Positions 48,108 through 57,810 of a DNA stretch of 64,000 nucleotides are shown in pieces (the first letter of the stretch is position 1; the number at the start of each line of letters is the position of its first letter). A program made the translations under genes and the position numbers. Under the pieces are notes generated by a model. That model did not search any database, was not told the origin of the DNA, and saw only the letters and a list, made by a program, of their open reading frames with translations. Location of the stretch: positions 2,252 to 66,251 of the forward strand of contig CAZNRX010000007.1 in the NCBI GenBank assembly GCA_964575455.1, in the 5' to 3' direction. This DNA is from an uncultured Anaerolineales bacterium (lineage in GTDB: Bacteria > Chloroflexota > Anaerolineae > B4-G1).

Positions 48108-48296
48108 ATGGTTGAGGATCTGCGGGAACATATGGTTGAGGAGGATCTGGAGGTTGAAGAGGAGGGCCTTACTCAGGAATTCCTCAACCTGAAGCCGTGG
48201 CAACGACTGGTCTTGGCCTTGCTGCTTTTCTTCGATGTGGCGCTTTGTGGATGTATGGGGTTGGTTATGATGGGGCGTGTGCTGCCACCGTTCTAA
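48108..48296 (+). CDS. Small hypothetical protein (acidic N-terminus plus one TM helix)
   Basis: Strong AAGGAGG RBS 7 nt upstream of the ATG. No homology assigned. Confidence 0.35.
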   Translation: MVEDLREHMVEEDLEVEEEGLTQEFLNLKPWQRLVLALLLFFDVALCGCMGLVMMGRVLPPF

Positions 48297-48299
48297 TGA

Positions 48300-50003
48300 A
48301 TGAATAGCGATACGACGCTTGTCTGGACATCCGCTCCCCGCAAGACAGCTCAGGTCCATTTTCCTGACGGACGTACATTCGAGGCTCCTGTAGGCACGCC
48401 GTTGGAGCATTACTTCCGCGCCGCCGTTGGGGAATCGACGATCCCCTTCATCGCGGCGCTGGTCGACGGCGATCTGCGGGAGTTGAACTACAAGATATGG
48501 ACTGATGCCACAGTCGAGCCTTTGTTCCTGTCCGATTCAGATGGCATTCGCATCTATCGTCGATCCCTCTCGTTCCTGTTGGTCACCGCGATCCGGGAGC
48601 TTTTTCCGGAGGCTTTCGTCTTCATCGATCATTCGCTTCCATTTGGAGGTTTCTTCTGCGAGGTGGGGGGACGAAAGAATTTCAGCGAGGAGGAGTTGGC
48701 ACAGATAGAGAGCAGGATGCACGAGATTGTTGAGCAGGACTTTAGCATCCGACGAGAGAGGGTCCCGCTCGACGAGGCCATCGAGATGTTCCGTCAGCGG
48801 AGTGAAACGGATAAGTCCAAGCTGCTGAAGCACCGAGAAAGGGAAGACCTTAAGCTCTATAATCTGCGTGATTCGCGCGACTACTTCCACGGCTATATGG
48901 TGCCGTCGACCGGGTATCTGCGGCATTTCACCCTGCAGAAATGGCCTCCCGGTTTCATACTGCAGTATCCTCGCCGGACACATCCCACAAAGCTCGTATC
49001 GGCGCGTAACTACCCCCAACTCACGGCGATCTTCCGCGAGTACGGGAAGCGGCTGCGTCTGCTGGGCGTTGGCTCTGTGAGTGGGTTGAATGAAGCTGTC
49101 GACAGCGGGCGTATACGGGAGATCGTTCTCGTCTCCGAAGCGCTTCACGAGCAGCGCATCGCCCAGGTTGCCAGCCAGATCAGCCGTCAAGAGAAGGTGC
49201 GGCTGGCGTTGATCGCCGGGCCCTCAGCCTCTGGCAAGACCACCTTCTCCAAGCGTCTTTCTATTCAGTTGTTGGCCGAGGGCATTCGGCCGTTCCCTCT
49301 TGCGCTGGATGATTACTTCGTCGATCGAGAGAAGACGCCTCGGGATGAGGACGGCAACTTCAACTTCGAGGCGCTAGAGGCTCTCGATGTCGCGCTCTTC
49401 AACCAGAATCTGCAGGCCCTGATGCGCGAGGAGGAGGTGCAGTTGCCGCGCTTCAACTTCAAGACGGGCAGGCGGGAGAAGGGCGAGAAGGTCAAGCTCG
49501 GCCCCGATCACATCATCATTGTGGAGGGTATTCACGGTCTGAACCCCAGGCTCGTGGCTGGCGTGCCGGACGAGCGCATTTACCGCGTCTATGTCTCTGC
49601 CTTGACCCAACTGAACATTGATCGCCACAATCGCGTGCCGACGACGGACACGCGCCTCATCCGGCGCATCGTGCGCGACGCGACCTACAGAGGATACACG
49701 GCCGAAGAGACGTTGGAGCACTGGGATATGGTGCGAAGGGGGGAGAAGGAGTTCATTTTCCCCTATCAGGAGCACGCCGACATCATGTTTAACTCAGCGC
49801 TGGTCTACGAGCTGGCTGTGCTCAAGGAATTGGCCGAGCCGCTCCTGCTGCAGGTGAAACCATCGAGCCCGCGACGTGTGGAGGTCAAGCGGCTGCTCGC
49901 CCTCCTACAATGGTTCGAGCCGTGCGTCATGGAGTTGGTCCCCGACAACTCCATTCTGCGGGAGTTTATCGGGGGCTCGATTCTGCGCGACTACATCCCC
50001 TGA
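48300..50003 (+). CDS. TGS-domain / uridine-kinase (PRK-family) fusion protein
   Basis: N-terminal ThrRS/TGS-like beta-grasp region. Central Walker A GPSASGKTT and a uridine-kinase-like fold. Confidence 0.7.
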   Translation: MNSDTTLVWTSAPRKTAQVHFPDGRTFEAPVGTPLEHYFRAAVGESTIPFIAALVDGDLRELNYKIWTDATVEPLFLSDSDGIRIYRRSLSFLLVTAIRELFPEAFVFIDHSLPFGGFFCEVGGRKNFSEEELAQIESRMHEIVEQDFSIRRERVPLDEAIEMFRQRSETDKSKLLKHREREDLKLYNLRDSRDYFHGYMVPSTGYLRHFTLQKWPPGFILQYPRRTHPTKLVSARNYPQLTAIFREYGKRLRLLGVGSVSGLNEAVDSGRIREIVLVSEALHEQRIAQVASQISRQEKVRLALIAGPSASGKTTFSKRLSIQLLAEGIRPFPLALDDYFVDREKTPRDEDGNFNFEALEALDVALFNQNLQALMREEEVQLPRFNFKTGRREKGEKVKLGPDHIIIVEGIHGLNPRLVAGVPDERIYRVYVSALTQLNIDRHNRVPTTDTRLIRRIVRDATYRGYTAEETLEHWDMVRRGEKEFIFPYQEHADIMFNSALVYELAVLKELAEPLLLQVKPSSPRRVEVKRLLALLQWFEPCVMELVPDNSILREFIGGSILRDYIP

Positions 50004-50023
50004 GGCAGCAGCTTGGGCCACGG

Positions 50024-50072
50024 CGGATCGCGGATCCGCAGGGAGCGGGAAGGGGAGGTGGGCAGGGCGAAG
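50024..50072. terminator. GCGGATC-GCG-GATCCGC hairpin followed by a G-rich repeat copy, at a convergent gene junction
   Basis: Read directly. Candidate bidirectional terminator plus repeat element. Confidence 0.4.
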
Positions 50073-50091
50073 CACCTCTTGCACGTCCGCC

Positions 50092-52542
50092 CTACTGGTA
50101 GATCACAAGCCGCGGCGGTGGATCGAGCGACAACACGTCCTCTGGCGTCATCAGCGGCTCGTCGTACACGTAGAAGATCTTCAGGCCCCCGTACTCAAAG
50201 CCTGGCTCCGCCTTGTACTGATCGTAGTCCTGGACCTTGGCGCCTGGACCGCCGAACCCATCGGCATCCCAAACCAGATCGACCAGAGGGTAGTCAAGGA
50301 TCATCTCCTTGTGCTCGATCATTCGGTCGTTGAACTGATGGACAATCAGCAATTTGCGCTGACCGGTCTCTCGTGCCACACGATCCATGCGCGCCTGAAT
50401 CCAGTTGATTTGAGAGCCCGTGATCTTCCCCAGGTCCTCTCCGGGCACCTGAGTGTCACCCACGATGAACTCTGGGTCTATCGCTAGATGGACCTTGGGC
50501 TCGTGCAAGAGCGGCTCAATCGCATTCAGCTCGTCCACCAAGTCGGCTCGACCCGGCTGTATGTCCAGTATCGACCATCCTCCCTCTGTTCTCACGCCTT
50601 CGATCCAGCGACGGATGGTGTCATGTGGGACGCGGTGGCTGTAGGTCCCGTCCGGGCCGGGGAAGCCGTCGGCGATGGTGGTCACCATATGGAACGTGGG
50701 AATCGTGTCCACAGATGGATCTAGATTCTTGTAGACCTGGAGCTGCTCCTTGAGCAGTCTCAGCGTCTCCGTGATGCCGTGGCGCCCCAGAATGCCAAGG
50801 CCAGGCCCCAATGGCGTTCCATAGTAGGCGATCAGGCGGCGGCCGTCCAGCAGCGGACCGGGACATAGCTCCGACCTTTGATCCCCCTCTCTCTGCTTCA
50901 AAGCCTCTATGAGGGCGGGGGGCTTCTTTGAGGGGCCGGGAGCGATGCGCCAGCGATCCCCCCAGGTGGGCCCGAAGCCCCAGATGGTAGACACCGCGAA
51001 GCCAGCCTCCCCTCTCTTCTCCCGTTGGGCTGCGTACAAGGTGCACCCGTCTGCAGCCCACTGAAGATCCGTCAGGGGCCGAGCGTCGTCGGCGTGGATC
51101 AGGGGTTGATGCTCCGCCGTCGCTCGGTTCCAGAGCATCAACCCCTCCCCATGGGTATCCGATCCGTTCACACTGTAGATCAGATAGACGCCCCGGGGCG
51201 ACCATGCCAAGTCCCAAAGGCGCAGGTGTCCCGCTGACACGATGGTGGTGGTTTGACCGGAGGCCACGTCCACCACGCTCATATCGCACGTCGTGTCGTC
51301 GCAGCCGAAGCTGGCCAGAAGGCGACCATCCGGCGACCACGCGACTGGGAGAAGGCCGGGGAGGCTCTGGGTCTCGCTGAGCCCTTGGGTATCCGCCAGG
51401 AACATACGGGGCTCCTGTTCCGCTTTGGTCACCGATCCGTAGGCCACCCAGCGGCCATCCGGTGACCAAAGAGGGTCGTGTCCCGAGACTGTGACGGTCG
51501 GTTGGCGAGGTAGGGAGAGCGGGGGCGCCTGTGTCTGGCCCGAGAGGGGTAGGATGTGGAGCCTCTGCTCGCTGCTAGGCTGACCCTTGAACAAGGCCAC
51601 GTAGTCTCGATCGGGCGAGAGCGCGTAGAGGTCACGGGTGAGGGACCACTCGGTGAGGAGCCACCCGAGCTCCCCAGTCTTCGTGAGGGTCTGCGTCGGG
51701 GGACCGACGGTCACCAGGTGAGCATCCTCTCCGAGCCTTTCCCATAGCACCGTGTCCTCATCTAACCACGTTGCAGCGTCGAGCGATTGCTCAGCCACGC
51801 GCCAGATGTGCATCGACGCTACGTCGAGCACCCAGGCCCCCGGTGAGGAGGACTCGCTGGAGTGTTGGAACAGGATGCGGGTCCCTTGGGGTGACCAGAT
51901 TGCGTCGTGGACGCTTGAGAGGTCCGATGGGAAGTCGGGGTCGTCGCGCGCTAGATTGAGTGTCTCCCCCAGCCGACTGTCCCATAGCTGAATCGTCTGA
52001 CGCTCCCCCGCTGCGCCCGTCCCGGAGCCGCCTGTTGCCGCGGTGTACAGTAGCCAGCGACCATCGGGGGACCATGCCACGCTTTGAGCGCTTGGGCTCG
52101 ACGAACTCACCACGGGATGCGTGACGCCGTCCGCAACCACTGTCGCGCTGAAGTTTTGGGGCCTCACGACGGACAGCATGTCACCTTCCACGTAAGCCAG
52201 CGCTCCGGTTGAGCTGAGGAACGGAGGGGATACAGCCACAGGCATGGGGGTAGGTGTCGGTATCGGCGTGGGTGTTGAGGTGGGTGCTGGCGTGGCCGTT
52301 GGCGCGTTCGTGGGCTGGGGGGATGTCGCGGTGTAGGAGACAGGCTGTGAGGTGCTCGAGGGGGTTGGCGTGGCCCTTTTGGAGGGAGTCGGGCTAGGGC
52401 GAGCAGCATCCTGCGGATAGACGAGATTCGTGGAGGCAACGATGATGAGCAAGAGCCCCGTCAGGCCCGAGATGAGAAGCAGGTACGGAATAGGGTTAGC
52501 TGGCCCTCTGGATGGGGAATGAGGTGTTGGGCTCTCCTTCAC
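50092..52542 (-). CDS. Membrane-anchored TolB-like beta-propeller protein with Pro/Thr-rich linker and an uncharacterised C-terminal (hydrolase-like) domain
   Basis: Signal-anchor, PT-rich linker, repeated WSPDGRW / WSPQG propeller blades, and a 330-aa C-terminal domain of unknown family. Confidence 0.55.
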   Translation of the reverse strand: MKESPTPHSPSRGPANPIPYLLLISGLTGLLLIIVASTNLVYPQDAARPSPTPSKRATPTPSSTSQPVSYTATSPQPTNAPTATPAPTSTPTPIPTPTPMPVAVSPPFLSSTGALAYVEGDMLSVVRPQNFSATVVADGVTHPVVSSSSPSAQSVAWSPDGRWLLYTAATGGSGTGAAGERQTIQLWDSRLGETLNLARDDPDFPSDLSSVHDAIWSPQGTRILFQHSSESSSPGAWVLDVASMHIWRVAEQSLDAATWLDEDTVLWERLGEDAHLVTVGPPTQTLTKTGELGWLLTEWSLTRDLYALSPDRDYVALFKGQPSSEQRLHILPLSGQTQAPPLSLPRQPTVTVSGHDPLWSPDGRWVAYGSVTKAEQEPRMFLADTQGLSETQSLPGLLPVAWSPDGRLLASFGCDDTTCDMSVVDVASGQTTTIVSAGHLRLWDLAWSPRGVYLIYSVNGSDTHGEGLMLWNRATAEHQPLIHADDARPLTDLQWAADGCTLYAAQREKRGEAGFAVSTIWGFGPTWGDRWRIAPGPSKKPPALIEALKQREGDQRSELCPGPLLDGRRLIAYYGTPLGPGLGILGRHGITETLRLLKEQLQVYKNLDPSVDTIPTFHMVTTIADGFPGPDGTYSHRVPHDTIRRWIEGVRTEGGWSILDIQPGRADLVDELNAIEPLLHEPKVHLAIDPEFIVGDTQVPGEDLGKITGSQINWIQARMDRVARETGQRKLLIVHQFNDRMIEHKEMILDYPLVDLVWDADGFGGPGAKVQDYDQYKAEPGFEYGGLKIFYVYDEPLMTPEDVLSLDPPPRLVIYQ

Positions 52543-52868
52543 AGCGGGATAACACAGATGAAGCGCAGCGGTCTGTCTCCCGTGTTGCGATAGCCGTGAG
52601 GTTCGCTGGGGGGGACGTAGAGCGCGGTGCCAGGGCGCATCTTCTGCTCACCATCCGGCGCATGCACCACCCCTTCCCCTTCCAGCACGAAGATCTCATG
52701 CTCATAGGGGTGTTCGTGTGTCTCGAAGACAGCTCCAGGCTCAAACTCGATCACGCGCATGGCGAAGTTGGGCGCGCCCTCCGGCTCGCCGATGAGCCAG
52801 CGGATGGACTTGTCCTCGCCAACGGGCTCCTTGGGAACGTCACGATAGTCTCGGTGCAACATGGTCAC
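52539..52868 (-). CDS. Cupin-domain protein
   Basis: HEHPYEHEIFVLEG...EPHGYRN cupin_2 motifs (G(X)5HXH...PXG...H). Confidence 0.75.
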   Translation of the reverse strand: MTMLHRDYRDVPKEPVGEDKSIRWLIGEPEGAPNFAMRVIEFEPGAVFETHEHPYEHEIFVLEGEGVVHAPDGEQKMRPGTALYVPPSEPHGYRNTGDRPLRFICVIPL

Positions 52869-52893
52869 CTCCAGATGATGTACATCCTCACTC

Positions 52894-54042
52894 TTAGGCT
52901 ATCGGCTCGGCATCTGAGCGGTGCTTCACCGGTAGTCTTTTACTCAAACCCAACAGGACGTTGGGTATAGCACGGACCGCCATGCGACGATAGGAGATCT
53001 CCCCGGCGAACAGGCGAAGGAAGTCCCTCACGAACAGAGGGTTTCTCACCGCCAGCTCGAAGCTGCCTCGCGGATGGTTGTAGAAAAACTGTGCCCAACG
53101 CCGTCCCCAGAGCAGGTCGCGACCGATCTCTCGGTGTACCCGCTGGGAATAGCCCTGTGGCCTGTCATTCAGAATCGATTCAGCTGCCAACCGACCACTG
53201 TCGACTGCATGGCGAATGCCCTCCCCCAGTAGGGGATCCATCAACCCGGCAGCGTCGCCAAGCAGCAACACCCGTCCTCGACGAAGGGGTTCGCGTTTTA
53301 GGTGAATGGGAAGGGGATGACCACGCAACCTCGTCCCATCGATTTCAATCCCTAGCTCTGCTATCTTGCCCCGCAGGGTGTGTTTTATGTTGGTTACATG
53401 CTCCTGAAACGTGCCAATCCCCACCGAGAGATGCTTGGCCTTGGGGAAGATCCAGAGATATCCCTTGGAGAGTGTTCCGAAGACGAAGAGGGCTGTATGG
53501 ACGTACTCCTCCAACAGGTCCTCGTCGGCGGGAACCTCGGCCTCGATGGCCACCCCCATCTGGCTGTCCCGCCGCAGGTCGACAAGCCGTGACACACGCG
53601 AGTTTGCTCCATCAGCTCCAAGGAGGTAGCGCGCGCGGAGGGTCTCGCCCGAAGCGGTGGTTACTGTAACACCCGATTCATCCTGCTGAAGGGTGGTGAC
53701 AGGTGCCTGGTCCATCACGTCGGCCTGAGCGTGGTTGAGAATGTGTAGATCAAAGCGATCGCGCATCACCATCGCTATCGAGCGCTCCGGGAGGTCGGCG
53801 ACTATCTCCCGACCGTCTCGGAAGCGAAAGCGAACGTGCTGGATCCAGCGTTCTACGATGGTGGAGAAATCAAAGGGGAAGCGGTCGAAAACCGTCCTGG
53901 GAACGCCCCCTCCGCAGGGCTTATAGCGGGGTAACTCCTCTTTCTCAAGGACGGCGACCCGATGTCCAGCCTCGCCCAGCCAATAGGCGGCGGAGGCGCC
54001 GGCCGGCCCGGCTCCCGCGACGATGACGTCATAAGTCATCAA
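52894..54042 (-). CDS. Geranylgeranyl-reductase-family FAD-dependent oxidoreductase
   Basis: N-terminal YDVIVAGAGPAGASAA (GxGxxG FAD site). C-terminal GDAAG motif. 382 aa. Confidence 0.75.
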   Translation of the reverse strand: MMTYDVIVAGAGPAGASAAYWLGEAGHRVAVLEKEELPRYKPCGGGVPRTVFDRFPFDFSTIVERWIQHVRFRFRDGREIVADLPERSIAMVMRDRFDLHILNHAQADVMDQAPVTTLQQDESGVTVTTASGETLRARYLLGADGANSRVSRLVDLRRDSQMGVAIEAEVPADEDLLEEYVHTALFVFGTLSKGYLWIFPKAKHLSVGIGTFQEHVTNIKHTLRGKIAELGIEIDGTRLRGHPLPIHLKREPLRRGRVLLLGDAAGLMDPLLGEGIRHAVDSGRLAAESILNDRPQGYSQRVHREIGRDLLWGRRWAQFFYNHPRGSFELAVRNPLFVRDFLRLFAGEISYRRMAVRAIPNVLLGLSKRLPVKHRSDAEPIA

Positions 54043-54302
54043 TCGCTCTGCTGAGGCTGTTTCCAGAAGCAGATCATCTGGTCCGGCCTGAATGTGACCT
54101 GGACCAGTTCCCAGCCCTTAGCGCCGACGTCGCTCAGAAGACGCTCAACAGCTTCCGTAAAGGGATTCGGCCCCTCGTCGAAGTAACACGCCCCCTTGTC
54201 ATCGCAGTAGATCGCTGGGGGGACATCCTCCATGACCTTAACGAGGTGCTCCAGGATATCCTTGGCCTCGTGAACGGTGATCTTGTAGCGCCAGTTAGGC
54301 AT
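54039..54302 (-). CDS. DUF4177-like small protein
   Basis: C-terminal GAKGWELVQV motif typical of DUF4177. 4-nt overlap with the downstream gene. Confidence 0.45.
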   Translation of the reverse strand: MPNWRYKITVHEAKDILEHLVKVMEDVPPAIYCDDKGACYFDEGPNPFTEAVERLLSDVGAKGWELVQVTFRPDQMICFWKQPQQSD

Positions 54303-54452
54303 GTCTGTTCCTTTCCGAGTTCTGTAGTCCTCGCTTGAGCCGTCATCAGACGCACCTGGTCATGCCTGTTGCTCAGGCCTGCTGATTATAGCACAGAACC
54401 TCGTGCGGCGACAAAGCGAGGGCTACGCCCGTCGTCGCACGTTGGATCGCGG

Positions 54453-54659
54453 CTAGACGATGACAGCGTTGAAAGGACAGGCGGGCATGCATGCACGACA
54501 CCCATGGCAGCGGTTATCGTCGATGAATGGTGCCTCACCTGGATCGAGGGCGATAATGGCTTTGGTTCGACATGCAGCCCTCGCCGCGCATTTCTCGCAG
54601 ATACGACACTGGCTCTCGTCAACGTGCGGCAACCTGGACGTTGGCACATGATGCATCAT
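54453..54659 (-). CDS. 2x[4Fe-4S] ferredoxin
   Basis: Two CxxCxxCxxxCP clusters (CRICEKCAARAAC...; CHGCRACMPACP). Confidence 0.75.
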   Translation of the reverse strand: MMHHVPTSRLPHVDESQCRICEKCAARAACRTKAIIALDPGEAPFIDDNRCHGCRACMPACPFNAVIV

Positions 54660-54677
54660 GACGTAGGTGGTGGAGAT

Positions 54678-55658
54678 CTAGCGGCTCCAGTCTGGGCGTA
54701 GCTGCTTGCGACCGTGCAGGTGGCGATCAACGGCTATGGCGGCCTCCACACCCTCCGCAGCCGCGATAGCCGCCTGCTTCACGTGCTTGCAGAGCACGTC
54801 ACCCACCGCGAAGACGCCCTCGACACCCGTCTGGAATATCTCGTCGACCACCAGACACCCCTCTTCGTTGATAGATACCTGCTCATCCAGGAAGTCGATG
54901 ATCGGCACGTTGCCCTGAAGGTAGACGAAGACCCCGCTGACTTCGATGGTCTTCGTTTCACCCTGGGCTATGATGTCAATCGCTTCGACCTGGTTCTCGC
55001 CCTTGATCTCCTTGATTCGCGTGGAGGGATGGATCGTCACATTGTCACGGGTCTTGAGCTCCTCCACCAGTTCGTCGGAGGCCCGTAGGTCAGACTGGGT
55101 TACAAGAACGTGAACCCGCGAGGCAAAGCGAGTCAGGGTAAGCGCCTCCTCGGCGGCCTCATCATTGCCCCCTGCTACGGCCACCTCTTGATTGCGGAAG
55201 AAGGCGCCATCACACGTGGCGCAGTAGCTAACGCCGCGGCCTACCAAGCGTTCCTCACCGGGGAAGCGATTGGTTCGTCCCATCGCACCGGTGGCGATGA
55301 TCACCGCACGACCCTTGTAGCCGCCCTCCCCCGTCCAGACCTGCTTCGGTGCGCCATCGAGATCCACACGCAGGACCTTCTCGTTGATGAACGTTGCACC
55401 GAAGGAGTGCGCCTGATGTCGTATCTTACGCACGAGATCTGCACCTTTGACAGGCTCCGGAAGGCCGGGGTAATTGGCAATCTTCGAGGCCATGCCCAGC
55501 GCACCGGCGGTGATGCCCTTGTCGATCACCAAGGTCTTGAGATCCGATCGGGCTGTGTAGATGGCCGCGCTGGCTCCGGATGGCCCGCCACCGATGACGA
55601 TGACGTCGTAGACCTCGGGCTTCGAGGACTCCTTCTCCGCAATAAAGCTCATGTTCAT
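54678..55658 (-). CDS. trxB: Thioredoxin-disulfide reductase
   Basis: FAD GxGxxG (VIVIGGGPSG), redox-active CATC, NADPH-binding GGGNDEAAEEA. Start ambiguous among GTG/ATG candidates at 55658-55670. Confidence 0.85.
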   Translation of the reverse strand: MNMSFIAEKESSKPEVYDVIVIGGGPSGASAAIYTARSDLKTLVIDKGITAGALGMASKIANYPGLPEPVKGADLVRKIRHQAHSFGATFINEKVLRVDLDGAPKQVWTGEGGYKGRAVIIATGAMGRTNRFPGEERLVGRGVSYCATCDGAFFRNQEVAVAGGNDEAAEEALTLTRFASRVHVLVTQSDLRASDELVEELKTRDNVTIHPSTRIKEIKGENQVEAIDIIAQGETKTIEVSGVFVYLQGNVPIIDFLDEQVSINEEGCLVVDEIFQTGVEGVFAVGDVLCKHVKQAAIAAAEGVEAAIAVDRHLHGRKQLRPDWSR

Positions 55659-55769
55659 CCTGGTACGCACCTTTTGTTACCTACTGCAGTCGCTCGGCAG
55701 CGCTCTACATCACGTCTGTGAACGGTGATATCGGGTTGACGGGTCGAGACCGGCGGTTTGCCAGGCGCC

Positions 55770-56759
55770 TCACGGATACTTGTCCAGGTAGCGCTCGGCT
55801 TCCATCGCTGCGATGGCGCCGGTGCCAGCCGCGATCACCACCTGACGGTAGTGGGGATCCTGGATGTCACCCGCCACGAAAACGCCAGGCACGTTGGTAT
55901 GCTGCCGGCGATCCGAAACGACGTAACCTTGTCTGTCCAGTTCTAGCTGTCCAACGAAAAGATCTGACTTCGGCTCCATCCCGATGTAGATGAAGACGCC
56001 ATCCGTCCTGATCATATTGCTCTCTTCGGTCTTCACATTGCGCACTCGCACGCCGGTTACGGCCTGATCGCCCAGAATCTCCTCCACCACAGAATCCCAC
56101 GCAAAGTCTATCTTGGGATTTGCAAAGGCTCTTTCCTGGTAGATCTTGGTGGCCCGCAACTCGTCACGGCGATGGATAACGGTCACCTTCTCGGCGAACT
56201 TGGTCAGGAATATGGCTTCGTCAACGGCGCTGTCGCCGCCACCGACGACGACGACCTGCTTGTCGCGATAGAAGAAGCCGTCGCACGTGGCGCAGGACGA
56301 GACACCTCGACCATAGAACTTCTCCTCACCGGGAATCCCCAGACGGCGGGGGGCAGCGCCTGTGGCCACGATCACGCTCTGAGCCTGGTATCGCCTTCGA
56401 GAGGACTTAAGGACGAAGGGATGCTTGGAGAAATCGACCTCCGTCACCATCTCTGGGACGAGGGTAGCACCAAATCTACTGGCCTGGTCTTGGAAGCGCT
56501 GGGCCAGCTCGCTGCCGGTAATCCCCTCGGGAAAGCCAGGGAAGTTGTCCACCCCGGCTGTGTTGGCCGGTTGACCGCCCGGAAGTGTGCCGATCAGGGC
56601 GCAGGTTGGAACCCGGGCCCGGCCGGCGTAGATCGCTGCGGTCAACCCGGCCGGGCCTCCACCGATGATGACCAGCTCATATGCCTCGGGCTGTTCGCCG
56701 GTGACCGCATCGACGTGTCCCACCGTCTCTAGAGAGGTCATCTTCGGCTCGAAGTCCAT
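55770..56759 (-). CDS. trxB: Thioredoxin-disulfide reductase (second copy)
   Basis: LVIIGGGPAG, CATCDG, VVVVGGGDSAVDEA motifs. Confidence 0.85.
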   Translation of the reverse strand: MDFEPKMTSLETVGHVDAVTGEQPEAYELVIIGGGPAGLTAAIYAGRARVPTCALIGTLPGGQPANTAGVDNFPGFPEGITGSELAQRFQDQASRFGATLVPEMVTEVDFSKHPFVLKSSRRRYQAQSVIVATGAAPRRLGIPGEEKFYGRGVSSCATCDGFFYRDKQVVVVGGGDSAVDEAIFLTKFAEKVTVIHRRDELRATKIYQERAFANPKIDFAWDSVVEEILGDQAVTGVRVRNVKTEESNMIRTDGVFIYIGMEPKSDLFVGQLELDRQGYVVSDRRQHTNVPGVFVAGDIQDPHYRQVVIAAGTGAIAAMEAERYLDKYP

Positions 56760-56764
56760 CGCTG

Positions 56765-57466
56765 CTATACCTCCTCTGTGACCGTTTCGGCCCGGGAAGC
56801 TACCAGTTCCTGGAGCTTCTCCAAGACCATAGGCTCTGGCGTCGCACCCTCAATGTGGGCTGACTCGTTGATGACTGTGCGCGGAACCCCCATGACCTGA
56901 TACTTCGTGGATAAGTGAGGGAACTCCTGGGCCTCAACCATGTCGGCACGCACCATTGGGCTGGCCAAGGCCATCCGATGGGCTAGCACTACCGCCTGCG
57001 GACAATAGGGACAGGTCGGCGTGACAAAGACCTGCATATGAACCGGCTCGGTCAGCTCTGAAAGATAGGCCTCCGTCTCCTGGCTGAGTTCGTGATTCCC
57101 GTTTGCCACGGACTGGATTGCCTCCAGCAGTGACGTGAACTCGTAGCCTGAGGGGATCCCGTAGAAGCGTATGCCGTGATCCTCCTCTCCAATGACGGCG
57201 ATGGCCGGGATCTTGTCGATGCCGTACTCCTCGACCATCTCCTCATCGGTGACGAAGTTGTAGATTTCGGCCGTCAACTGGTCCGACAGGCCGGTTACCT
57301 CCTCCACCAGCTGCCGCGTCTCGGCGCAGTACTGACACTCAAACTCCTGGGTGAACATCACCAGTCGGACTGGCTGATCTAGGCCAGCCAGTTGCTGCTT
57401 GACTTGCTGTTGGACTTCCTCATTGAGTAGAGGCATGAACGATCTCCTTTGATCTGTGAACTGCAA
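56765..57466 (-). CDS. Two-domain thioredoxin-fold protein disulfide oxidoreductase (glutaredoxin-like, PDO-type)
   Basis: Two CxxC active sites (CQYC, CPYC) in tandem Trx-like halves. Confidence 0.65.
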   Translation of the reverse strand: MQFTDQRRSFMPLLNEEVQQQVKQQLAGLDQPVRLVMFTQEFECQYCAETRQLVEEVTGLSDQLTAEIYNFVTDEEMVEEYGIDKIPAIAVIGEEDHGIRFYGIPSGYEFTSLLEAIQSVANGNHELSQETEAYLSELTEPVHMQVFVTPTCPYCPQAVVLAHRMALASPMVRADMVEAQEFPHLSTKYQVMGVPRTVINESAHIEGATPEPMVLEKLQELVASRAETVTEEV

Positions 57467-57498
57467 TCGAATGGTGAACCACTATGTCTCTCTGGGGC

Positions 57499-57810
57499 CT
57501 ATGCCAATCTGGATAGGGCCATGGCGAGCGCATCAGCGATCTCCTCTGCGTCGGCATCGGAAACCATACACTCGGTGGCGTAGGATCGTACCAGCGCGAT
57601 GGTCGCCTGGTGAGCGGCCGACCGGACGGCGGCCAATTGCTGAAGGATCTCGCTACAGTCGCGGTCCTCCTCAATCATACGTGCGACACCACGCGCCTGT
57701 CCCTCGATACGCCGGACCCGTCTCAGTAGTTTGGTCTTGGCTTCTTGGTCGGCTAGCTTCACGTCGTCCTCCCCTGGGGGCTCACGGCCCCCTAGCGGCT
57801 CGTCCCTCAT
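57499..57810 (-). CDS. CsoR/RcnR-family metal-sensing transcriptional repressor
   Basis: LLRRVRRIEGQARGVARMIEEDRDCSEIL matches the DUF156/CsoR signature (R-x-E-G-Q...C). Confidence 0.75.
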   Translation of the reverse strand: MRDEPLGGREPPGEDDVKLADQEAKTKLLRRVRRIEGQARGVARMIEEDRDCSEILQQLAAVRSAAHQATIALVRSYATECMVSDADAEEIADALAMALSRLA

